A DNA stretch of 64,000 nucleotides from Mobula hypostoma (Eukaryota), in assembly GCF_963921235.1 (NCBI RefSeq), contig NC_086121.1, positions 41,788,001-41,852,000 on the forward strand, in the 5' to 3' direction. Positions 49,363 to 59,574 of this stretch are shown one piece after another. Position 1 is the stretch's first letter, and each line of letters starts with the position of its first letter. Made by a program: the position numbers and the translations under genes. The notes beneath the pieces are model-generated. The model did no database searches, was not told where the DNA came from, and saw only the letters and a list, made by a program, of their open reading frames with translations.

Positions 49363-49824
49363 ACAGCATCTACAAGAAGGTTCATGAAGGCTGAATCTAT
49401 TATTGAGGATCTCCACTATCTAGGCTAAACTGTTTCCTTGCTGCTACTTTCACGCAGGAGGTACAGAAGTCTGAAGCCTTATACCAGCAGCTAAAGGAAC
49501 CGTGATTTTTCTGCAACCATTGGGATCTAGGACCAACCTGCCAAATCGTAACCCTGTCTCAGTAATGTAACACCACAGACTAACAAATAATTGTGTCTTT
49601 GATTTTTTTTACACCAAGGTCTTGTTATTGCAGTCTACTTAGCATTATACCATGCAATGAGTATGTGTAATTAACGTATAAATTATGTTTTGTGTGATGT
49701 CTGAAGCTACAAGCTTGTGATATTACTGCAAGGAAATTTTTCATTGTTCCTGTATCTCACCATAATTGTGCACTTGGGAATAAACTCAATTAAACCTGAG
49801 GGATCCATACTAAGCCTGTGCCAA

Positions 49825-50020
49825 GGTGAGAGCCTTCTCAAACCTAGTGCGGTGAGATCCTCCTCGAACCTGCCGGGGTGAGATCCTCACTGACACTGTT
49901 GTGGGGGAGGGGGGTTGAGAGGCCCCTCGAACCTGTCAAGGTGGGGGTGCAGAGAGGCCCCTCGAACCTGTTGGGGAGGGGGTGGCTGAGAGGCCCCTCG
50001 AACCTTTCGGGTGGTGGAGG
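49825..50020. repeat. Degenerate G-rich minisatellite with core GAGAGGCCCCTCGAACCT
   Basis: Exact cores at 49917-49934, 49952-49969 and 49988-50005; diverged cores at about 49828, 49854 and 49880. Confidence 0.8.
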
Positions 50021-51169
50021 AGGGAGGATTCACTTGCTCTGGTTGGTGATGGTGCCAATAATTTGGGAAGCAGTAAGTAAGAGGTCCTGTTTAGAGAGAG
50101 CATGACACTGGGAATTAAGTTAACAAGATCTCTATTGAAACTGTCTAGATTATTATCCAAGACAGATGCAAAAAAAAGAGGATGGATAAACTGACTGAGG
50201 TGATTTTTTTTTGTAGAATGTGGTCAGGTGGGAAAAGAGCTTTCATCGCATGAGCATTTGTTTCAGTATTGGCATAGCAGGAAGTATCATTGACACCATC
50301 TTCACCTTAACTAATGTGGAAGCAGGGTCCAGCCGACAAGGTAAATGGACTAATTACAAAGATCAGGGAAGAGGGGATATGTGTGTGAGGTGGATGCAGG
50401 TAAGTGGCTGAGGAGAGAGGTTACAACAGTAACAGCTCTAAGACTAATGATCAGGACAAGTATTAAGCAATAGACCTCTTGTAAACAAAACAATATGCAA
50501 ATTCATTAAAGTGAGAGGGAGAAGTAAGAAATCTGTTAGTAACACAAAAGAGCAGAAGAGTGCGGCCAAAGTAAGTGTCCAACACAAACATTTAGAGAGA
50601 ATGAATGCACTGTAGGTTTCCAGGGAGACTGGAAACAGAGGCTCTTCAGAAATATCATGAACATTTTCTGACCTAAGTGAGAGTAGAGACAGCCTCTGCA
50701 GCACCAGCTATATTCCTCTGAAGAGGAGCAGGTGTGGAGCACTTGTGTGTTGTTAGTGTCTACATGTCAGTGAAGCTGTTGCAAATACTTTTTTCATTAT
50801 AGTGTTCATAACAGTAACACAACTGGGCTTGAGAAACCCATGTTTCTTGACTTAGACATTTCAAATGAGCTTCAGTGAACGGGTGGGGGTTTGGGGGAGG
50901 GGTCACTTGCTCTCCACCTGAGAAAGCACAGGTATGGAGAAAGCCAGCTTTAGCTAAACAAGATACTCATCAACCTGAAGCAATTATCAAATGACAGTCA
51001 TGGTCACTGCAGAACGTCCACAGATACTGATGCACGGACAACATTGTGAGCAAACCGCACAAGTAACTATGCTTCTAACTCACAGGAAACAAAATAAAGA
51101 ATACAACAAAATACTTCATTAAGAATGCTATTTCTTGTAAAATTTATGGTAAGTGATCACAAACAATGG

Positions 51170-51880
51170 AGAGGCGAATGAAGACAAGGTTGAGTCGAGG
51201 GTGCAAGGCAAAGTTGAGGTGAGGTTGAGGCATGTTCGAGGCAAAGTCAGGGTGAGCAGAGTGGAGGAGTGGCTCATTTGAGGCCTGCTCACCTAAATTG
51301 AGAGCGAGGTTTGATCAATCTAAGCGCCAGGCCAATTTGGAAAGGTCGGGTGCAGGCCGCATCGTGGTGGGGGTGTCCAAGCCCGGAGATTATCGCTGCA
51401 GCAGGCCTTGGGTCCTAGTGTGAGGAACATCCAATGTTTGGATGATTTAAAAGCCAGGGCAAATGGATTGAAGAGGCAGGGTGTCAGGACAAGAGGTGAA
51501 GGTTGGACCGTTCCTACTGGCTGCTCCGCGACATTTACTTTGCTCTAAGCTAAACTGAGACTGAGGCTGTGGCCTGTCCCAGCTGCTCCAGACTCTGTGT
51601 GTGAGGGGTCCATGACATTTCCTCAGCTCTCTGCTGAACTGTGGCTGTGGTCTGCTCTGGGCTTCGTGTCTATGGCTCACTTTTGTTCTGAGTGCTATAT
51701 GCTTACCTTACTTGCTTGTACAATTTTTTCTCTCTCTGCCCATTGGGAGTTTGACGGTCTATTTTTTTATAGATTATTTTGGGCTGCTTTGTTTGGTGGC
51801 TGCCTGTGAGGAGATGAATCTCAAGTTGTACCGTATTACATATATATACACTTTGATAATAAATGTAATTTGAACATTAA
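51170..51880 (+). mobile_element. Non-coding Rex1-tailed retroposon
   Basis: Body homologous to 32720-33250 (ggccaatttg, ggtcctag.g.gagg.ac..cca.tg.ttg.a.atttaaa); tail aatctcaag..ctttgataataaatgtaatttgaac. Confidence 0.7.
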
Positions 51881-52711
51881 AGTGAACTACCCCTTAAAAT
51901 CACCATCTCTGTTTACCATGTTTTTGAAATGAGTCTTAAAAATTGCTTTGGAATGTTCTCCTTTCTCCATTAATTTCTATATATTCCATCCTAAGCTATT
52001 GTTTGAAAATTTGCCATGACCTTGACCTTTCTTAATTAAGTTCATCAACAATATTGCATCATGCTAATATCCAGTAAAGAATGGGATCACCAAGCTGCTG
52101 AGAAACTATTTATCAATGTATTCATTTATAGAACCTTTTGCTACACATTAATCATGAATTTGCAAGATCATGTGCTGAAGTGAATTTTGAAAATGAATCT
52201 TTGAGTAAGTGGTTTTGATCATGCAAATAACTGACCTTTGGTAATAGCTTTGTATGACTAAATTAAAGGTATTTTAATAAAGATCATTTTCTTTAAACCT
52301 CTGGCATAATTACAGGTCTTATTGGCACTTGTTAATTAATGGAGCTGTAAGAGGTAGGCTTGTAAGATATCTTAATTAACTAATCTGCCCAACCAAGATT
52401 TGTATTTCATTTCCATTATTTATTATCTAATGGCTTCCCGAGTAGATATATTTCATTCAGAAAAAAAACATACATTATTAACCAGTCTCAAGAGGCTCGT
52501 TAGCTGTAACACCTTCTATCTGGGTTTGTGAGTTCAGAAGGTCTCTGCCTGTAGTCTTTATTCCACTTCTGAGTTCAATTAAAGGTGTGTACTGCCTTTG
52601 AGAAACTACCGTTTGGTGTGACGGAAAATAAACTATCGGTCTGCTGCTATTCAGTTGCCAATGCTTAATATTGAGACATATGAGGAGTGACAAATGCCAT
52701 CTTTAATAATT

Positions 52712-54240
52712 ATAAGACCGTAACTCATTGGAGCAGAATTAGGCTATTTGGCCAATTAAGTTTGCTCCACCATTCAATCATGGTTGATCCTTTTATCTTC
52801 CCCTCTGCCCTACTCCCCAGCCTTCTCCCTGTAACCTTTGGTGCCATGTACAATCAAGAATTGAGTAAGCTCTGCCTGAAATACACCCAAAGACCTGACC
52901 TCCACAGATGTCTGTGATAATAAATTCCACAAATTCACCACCCTCTAGCTAAAGAAATTTCTCCACATCTGTTGTAAATGGATGCCCCTCTATCCTGAGT
53001 CTGTGCCCTCTTGTCCTAGACTCCCCTACCATGGGAAACATTCTTTCTACATCTACTCTGTCTAGGCCTTCCAACATATGAAAAGTTTCAATGAGATAAT
53101 CCCCTCATCCTTCTAAATTCCAATGAGTACAAACCCAGAACTATCAAACATTCCTTGTATGATAATCCTCTCCAATGCTGGCACATCTTTTCTCAGATGA
53201 GAAGCCCAAAGCTTTTCACAATGCTCAAGGTGAGGCCTCACCGGTGCCTTATACAATCTCTGCTTCAACCTCCTTTCTCTTATGTTCAAGACCTCTAAAA
53301 ATAAATGCTAACATTGCGTTGCCTTCCTCACCAACGACTCTACCTGCAGGACTTTTTCCCAGTTTAGAAAATAGTTTGCACAATTTTTTCTACTACCAAA
53401 GTGCATGACCATGCATTTTCCAACATTGTATTTCATTTGCCACTTTCTTGCACATTCTCCTAACCTAAGTCCTTCTTCAGCCTACCTGTTTCCTCAACAC
53501 TATCTGTCCCTCCACCAATCTTCATATCATCTGCAAATCTGGCAACAAAGCCATCATTTAAATCATTGATATACAGCATAAAAGAAGCAGTTCCAACAAC
53601 GACCCCTGCGGAACACCACTAGTCATCGGCAGCCAACAAGAAAATGATCCTTTTACTCCCATTCACTGCCTCTTACCAATCAGTCAATGCTCTAACCATG
53701 CCAGTAAATTTCCTGTAATGCCATGGGCTCGTAACTTGGTAAGCAGCGTCATGTGTGCCACCTTATCAAAGGCTTTCTGAAAGTCCAAATATACAACATC
53801 CACTGTACCCCCTTTATCTATCTTAGGTGTAATCTCCTCAAAGAATTCCAATAGGTTTGTCGGGTAAGTTTTTCCCTTTGCTGATTTTGTCCTATCATGT
53901 ACCGAGTCATCAAGTACTCCATAACCTCATCCGCAACATTTGACTCCAACATCTCCCAACCACTGAGGTCAGGCTAACTGGTCTATAATTTCCTTTCTGC
54001 TGCCTTCCTCCTTTCTTAAAGAGTGGAGTGATACTTGCAATTTGCAGTCCTCTAGGACTATGCCAGAATCCAACGATTTTTGAAAGATCATTACTAATGC
54101 CTCTGCGATCTCTACTGCTACCTCTTTCACAATCCTAGAGTGCAGCTCCTCTGGGCCAGGTTCCCATAGGTCTTTCAGCTTTTTGAGCACCTTCTTCCTT
54201 GTTATAGTACTGCACTCACACTCTTCGACATCTGGCACAT
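52712..54240 (-). mobile_element. Decayed CR1 ORF2/3'UTR
   Basis: LKEV-type IVKEVAVEIAEALVMIFQKSLDSG (ORF 53969); gacccctgcggaacaccactagtc (TSGVPQGS); 3' tail. Confidence 0.88.
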
Positions 54241-54431
54241 CCAGCTCAATAATTTTTCAGCAAATATTGTATGTGAGTATTTAAATCTGCGGGAATTTCC
54301 ATGTGTATTTGAAATTATGCATTTGTGTGCATTTATCTAAATACGCAGAGACTGACTACATTTATTTGATGGTACATACTTACTTGGGCGATCATGGACA
54401 GCCATGATCACCTAAGTGTGTAACGCGCAAG

Positions 54432-54495
54432 GAAGAAGGAGGAGAAGAAGGGGAAGAAGAAGAAGAAGAAGAAGAAGAAGAAGAAGAAGAAGAAG

Positions 54496-54524
<29 letters not shown>
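54432..54524. repeat. (GAA)n microsatellite
   Basis: More than 20 consecutive GAA units. Confidence 0.98.
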
Positions 54525-54526
<2 letters not shown>

Positions 54527-54862
54527 CGTCCATTATGTCAGTGACATTTAGGGCTGCAATGAAGGTCCTCCATCTCTGGCGGTGTTCAGGGCTTCCTTCA
54601 TCGTGTCAGTAGCTTCCTCTCAGTTTTCACTACTGTCAGTCATGTAAGTCCTGGGTAGAGACTCAGGAATACCATAGCACTCAGATGTTGGATTCTTCAA
54701 TGCTATTTGCATAACAATTTTGTTTTACCAGTCAGGATTGATAGCCCTAAGCTGAACCCTCAAACTTGGTGAACCGGTGGACCTTTCTTCATCTGTCCTC
54801 TACCCTTTGACCTGTTTGGCCTTTCCAACAGCCAGAGCATGAAACTCTGACTCCAGCCAACA
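54525..54862 (-). mobile_element. RTE-related non-autonomous retroposon, with the (TTC)n run as probable tail
   Basis: Reverse complement (gccaaacaggtcaaagggtagagg..aaaacaaaattgttatg..gaagaatcc) matches the plus-strand copy at 59089-59200. Confidence 0.65.
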
Positions 54863-55207
54863 TAGCTGAGCATTGATTGCAGTACTGCACAGACACAGAG
54901 TGTTCCAGCACGGGGCCGACAAAAAATTGCCACAAATTTTTCGATGGGAGCCGTTGATTGGAGTACTATACAGATGGAACAGGGGCATTTCTGTGCAGGT
55001 CCGACAAAGAGCTTTTAAAAACCCAGTCTCTCTTTTATAAAGAGAGGTGCTGCCTAGCAGTCCGATCATCGCGGGAGCGGTTATTGTCAGAATAGTCTTG
55101 AGTCAGAGTAGTAAGGTTTGGTGAGAACAGGCGAGGAATGGGTAAGTAGGTAAGTTCATTCCTTATTTCTTATTTAAATCTAGAGAGAATACGGGGTACG
55201 TCTACAG

Positions 55208-55870
55208 CAGGGGTCCCCAACCTTCTTTGCACCGCGGACCCGTTTATTATTGACAATATTCTTGCGGACCGGCGGACCGGGGGGTGGGGTGGGGTAGGGT
55301 TGCCAACGGACAAGAGTAGCAGTCAAATACTTTGTGCTTACTCCGAGAAAGACTACCATGACCATGAAGCCTTGCGCAGGCACCTGTGTGCGCATACGTA
55401 TACGTGCCGATGTTTTTCTACAAATCGTTTTCGGCGATCCTGTTCAGTGAAACTACACTGTACCTACATTATTTCTACTTTATATAGGCGTTCCTCTATT
55501 CCTATATGTTTACTATATGTTAGTGTTATTTTAGGTTTTATGTGTTATTTGGTATGATTTGGTAGGTTACTTTTTGGGTCTGGGAATGCTCAAAACTTTT
55601 TCCTATATAAATTAATGGTAATTCTTTGCTTTACACCATTTCGGCACAAAAAGTTTCATAGGAACACTCTACCTTAGTGGGAGAATTATGGGACAAGGGC
55701 GGTCCTGTATGGGACAAACCAATTTAGCCCAATATACGAGATATCCTGGCTAATACGGGACAGTTGGCAACCCTGGGAGGAGGGGATGTTAATCACGACC
55801 GGAATATAGATGATAAGTCAACTATAAGTCACTTATAAGTGGCTAATACACTCAATTTCGTTTCTAAAAA
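55208..55870. mobile_element. hAT-type MITE (caggggtccccaacc end) containing a nested TIR element at 55295-55775
   Basis: Outer left TIR caggggtccccaacc; inner TIRs tagggttgccaac / gttggcaaccctg; outer right end missing. Confidence 0.7.
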
Positions 55871-58412
55871 AGTGCTTGAGCCTACTCAGGGAAAGGCTAT
55901 CTTAGATTGGGTGTTATGTAATAACCCAGATCTTACTAGGAAGCTTAACATAAAAGAACTTTTAGGAGGCAGTGATCTTAATATGATTGAATTCACACTG
56001 CAATTTGAGAGGGAGAAGCATAACTCACATGTATCAGTATCACAATGGAATAAAGGGAATTCCAGAGGCATGACAGAGGAGCTTGCCCAGGTGGATTAGA
56101 GGATACTGGTGGGGATGGCAGCAGAGGAGATATGCTGAAGATTCTGGGAATAGTTCACAAGGTGCAGGATAGATATGTCCCACAGGGGAAGAAGTTCTCA
56201 GATGGCAGGAGTAGGCAACCATGGCTGACAAAGGAAGTTAAGGACTGCATAAAAGCCAAGAAAGGGGCATATAATGTAGCAAAAGTGAGTGGGCAGTTGG
56301 ATGATTGGGAAACTTTTAAAGTCCAACAAAAGGCAACTAAAAAAGCTATAAGAAGGGAAAAAATGAAATATGAGGCAGACTAGCCAATTATATAAAACAG
56401 GATACTAAATGTTTCTTCAGTTATGTTAAGAGTAAAGGGAGGTGAGAGTTCATATTGGACCACTGGAAAATGATGCTGGCAAGGTAGTAATGGGGGACAA
56501 AGAAATGGCAGATGAACTTAATGGGTACTTTGCATCAGTCTTCATTGTGGAAAACGCTAGCAGTGTGCCAGAGGTCCATGAGTAGCAGGGAGCAGGAGTG
56601 AGTGCCATTGCTATTACAAAGGAAAGAGTGCTAGGCAAACTCAAAGGTCTTAAGGTGATACATCACCTGGACCAGATGGGCTACATCCCAGAATCGTGAG
56701 AGAGGTTGCTGAAGAGATAACAGATGCATTAGTCATGATCTTTCAAGAATCACTTGATTCTGGCATAGTCCCGGAGGAATTGCAATTGTCACTCCACTCT
56801 TTAAGAAGGGAGGAGGGCAAAAGAAAGGAAATTATAGGCCAATCAGCCTAATGTCAGTGGCTGGGAAAGTGTTGGAGTCTATTATTGAGGATTGGGTTTT
56901 GAGGTACTTGGAGACTAATGAGAAAATAGTCAAAGTCAGCATGGTTTCTGTTAAGGGAAATTTTGCCTGACAAATCTGTTAGAGTTCTTCGAGTAAGTAA
57001 CAGGCAGGAGAGGCAGTGAATGTCATTTACTTGGATTTTCAGAAGGCGTTTGATAAGGTGCCACACATGAGGCTGCTTAACAAGATAAAATCCAATGGCG
57101 TTACAGGAAAGGTACTGGCATGGATAGCAGGATGGCTGACAGACAAGAGGCAGCGACAGGGAATAAAAGCAGCCTTTTCTGGTTGTCTACCGGTGACTAG
57201 TGGTGTTCCTCAGGGGTCTGTATTGGGTCTGCTACTTTTCACATTGTTTGTCAATTACTTAGATAATGGAATTCAATCACAAACAAGAGAAAATCTGCAG
57301 ATGCTGGAAATCCAAGCAACAGACACAAACCGCAGGAGTAGATCAGCAGGGCAGGCAGCATCTATGGAAAAGAGAACAGTTAACGTTTCGGGTCAAGACC
57401 CTTCAGCAGTCCTGAAATATCGACTGTATTCTTTTCCATGGATGCTGCCTGGCCTGCTGAGTTCCTTCAACATTTTGTATGTGGTGTTTAGAGAATGGAA
57501 TTGATAGCTTTGTATTTGTGGATGATACAAAGATAGGTGGAGGGGTAGGTAGTGCTGAGGAAGCAATGCAATTGTAACAGGACTTAGACAAATTGGAAGA
57601 ATAAACAAAGAAGTGGCAAATGGAATTCAGTGTTGGGAAATGTATGAAAATACATTTTGGTAAAAGGAACAATAGTGCGGAGTGTTATCTAAATGGGGAG
57701 ACGGTTCAAGCATCTTTGGTGCAGAGAGATTTAGGAGTCCCCGTGCAAAACTCCTAGAGGGTTAATTTACAGATTGCATCTGTGGTGAAGAAGGCAAATG
57801 CAATGTTGGTGTTTATTTCAAGGGGAATAGAATATAAAAGCAAGGAGAAAGTGCTGAGCCTTTATAAGACACTAGTCAGGCCACACTTTGAGTATTATCA
57901 ACAGTTTTGGGCCCCATGTCTCAGAAAGGATGTGTTGTCATTGGAGAGAGTCCAGAGGAGGTTCATGAGGATGATTTCAGGAACGAAAAGATTAACATAT
58001 AAGGAGCGTTTGGTAGCTTTGGGCCTGTACTCACTGGAATTTAGAAGAATGCGGGGGATCTCATTGAAACCTACCGAATGTTGAAAGGTTTAGAACGGGT
58101 GGATCCAGAACTTGAGGGCACAGCCTCAAAACTGAGGGATGAGCCTTTAAAATAGAGTTAAGGAGGAATTTTTTTAACCAGAGAGTAGTAAATCTGTAGA
58201 ATGTTCTGCCACAGACTGCAGTGGAGACCAAGTGCACGGGTCTATTTAAAGTGGAAATTGGTTGTTTCCTGATCTGTCAGGGCATCAATGGATATGGCGA
58301 GAAGATAGGTGTATGAGGTTGAGAGAGATCTGGGATCAGCAATGTTAGAGTGGCAGAGCAGACTCAATAGACTGAATGGCCTAATTCTGCTCCTGTGTCT
58401 TACGGTCTTGTA
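55871..58412 (+). mobile_element. Decayed CR1 ORF2 (APE C-terminus, RT, 3'UTR), interrupted by a pLTR insertion
   Basis: EPTQGKAILDWVLCN..LGGSDLNMIEF; YLDFQKAFDKVPH..VTSGVPQGSVLG; LVRPHFEY; 3' tail. Confidence 0.92.
57274..57487. mobile_element. Penelope pLTR inverted pair with 15-bp TSD
   Basis: TSD ttagataatggaatt (57259-57273) / ttagagaatggaatt (57488-57502); left arm ..ggcagcatctatggaaaagag.acagt is the reverse complement of right arm actgtattcttttccatggatgctgcc. Confidence 0.85.
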
Positions 58413-58659
58413 GTTCTCTGAGTCATTGAAGCACACGTCTATATTCCACAACAAGGCTGCCGTCCTCCTCGAGGTGAAAGTACATGCAGTACATTTATCT
58501 AATCCATACAATTTGCATGTATTCTATCAAAAATAGACTGCAAAATGCATGTTAATGCAAAGGTATACATGTATTTAAGTTTGAATAGACGATGCATGTA
58601 TATTTAAACACGTGCTATCAGTGTTCTCATTCAGTGTCTTTGTGCATTTAGCAATATTG

Positions 58660-59574
58660 CTGAATTAGTGAAGATGGTTATTTGCACAGTGAAGGTAGTT
58701 ATTAGGAATTACAGAAAGATCTAGATCAGTTTGCTAAGTGGACTGATGAATGGCAAATGGAGTTTAAGTTGGATAAGAGTGAGGTGAATATAGGGCTTTC
58801 GCAATGAAAGTAGGGCCCTGCGGACTATTGTCGAACAAAAAGACAGGGGGTACAAGTACACAGTTCTATAAAAATGGTGCTGCTTGTAGACATGGTAGTA
58901 AGAAGGTGATTGGCATACTGACCTTTATCAGTCAGGGCACTAAGTATAGAAATGAGAACGTTTTGTCGCAAGATATTCCTCCAAGAGAACCACAATTTTG
59001 TCTTGGAGGCTTGCGTGCCACAATTGCTCGGAGACTATGTTGGCTGGCGTCAGGGTTTTATGCTTTGGCTCTTGGTAGGGTCACCCATGCCCAAAAGGTC
59101 AAAGGGTAGAAGACCAGTTCTCCAGGTTTAGGGTTCAACTCAGGGATAACCACTCTGACAGGCAAAACAAAATTGTTATGGAAACAGCAATGAAGAATCA
59201 CTTGACATCTGTGTGCAATGGTATTCCTGAGTCTCCACACAGGACTTGCATAACTGACAGTAATGAAAACTGAGAGGAAGCTACTGACATGATGAAGGAA
59301 GCCCTGAACACCACTGGAGATAGAGGACCTTCATTTCTGCCCTAAATGACAGTGGCGTGATGGGCGGTGAGGGAGTGAGTAAGTTGCAAGACATTGGTGA
59401 GGTTACGTATGGAATATCATGTTCAGTTTTGCTCATCCTGGTACAGGAAAGATATCATTGAAATGGAAAGAGTGCAGAAGAGATTTTCAGTCACTGAGAC
59501 TTAAGGGAGCGATGGCGAGGGATTGAGTAGGCTAGGGCTTCATTCATTATAGCACAGGAAATGAATGCTGATAT
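58660..59574 (+). mobile_element. Old CR1 fragment interrupted by an RTE-related element (about 58972-59385)
   Basis: gaatggcaaatggagttta..; caagacattggtgagg..ggaatatcatgttcagtttt..gaaagagtgcagaagagattt. Confidence 0.65.

Noticed and set aside
49917-50005. CRISPR-like repeat-spacer pattern
   Set aside because: Eukaryotic context, 18-bp repeats with low-complexity related G-rich spacers, and no cas genes; it is a minisatellite.
52478-52693. 71-aa minus-strand ORF in unique DNA as a host exon
   Set aside because: No recognisable homology and no convincing in-frame splice donor.
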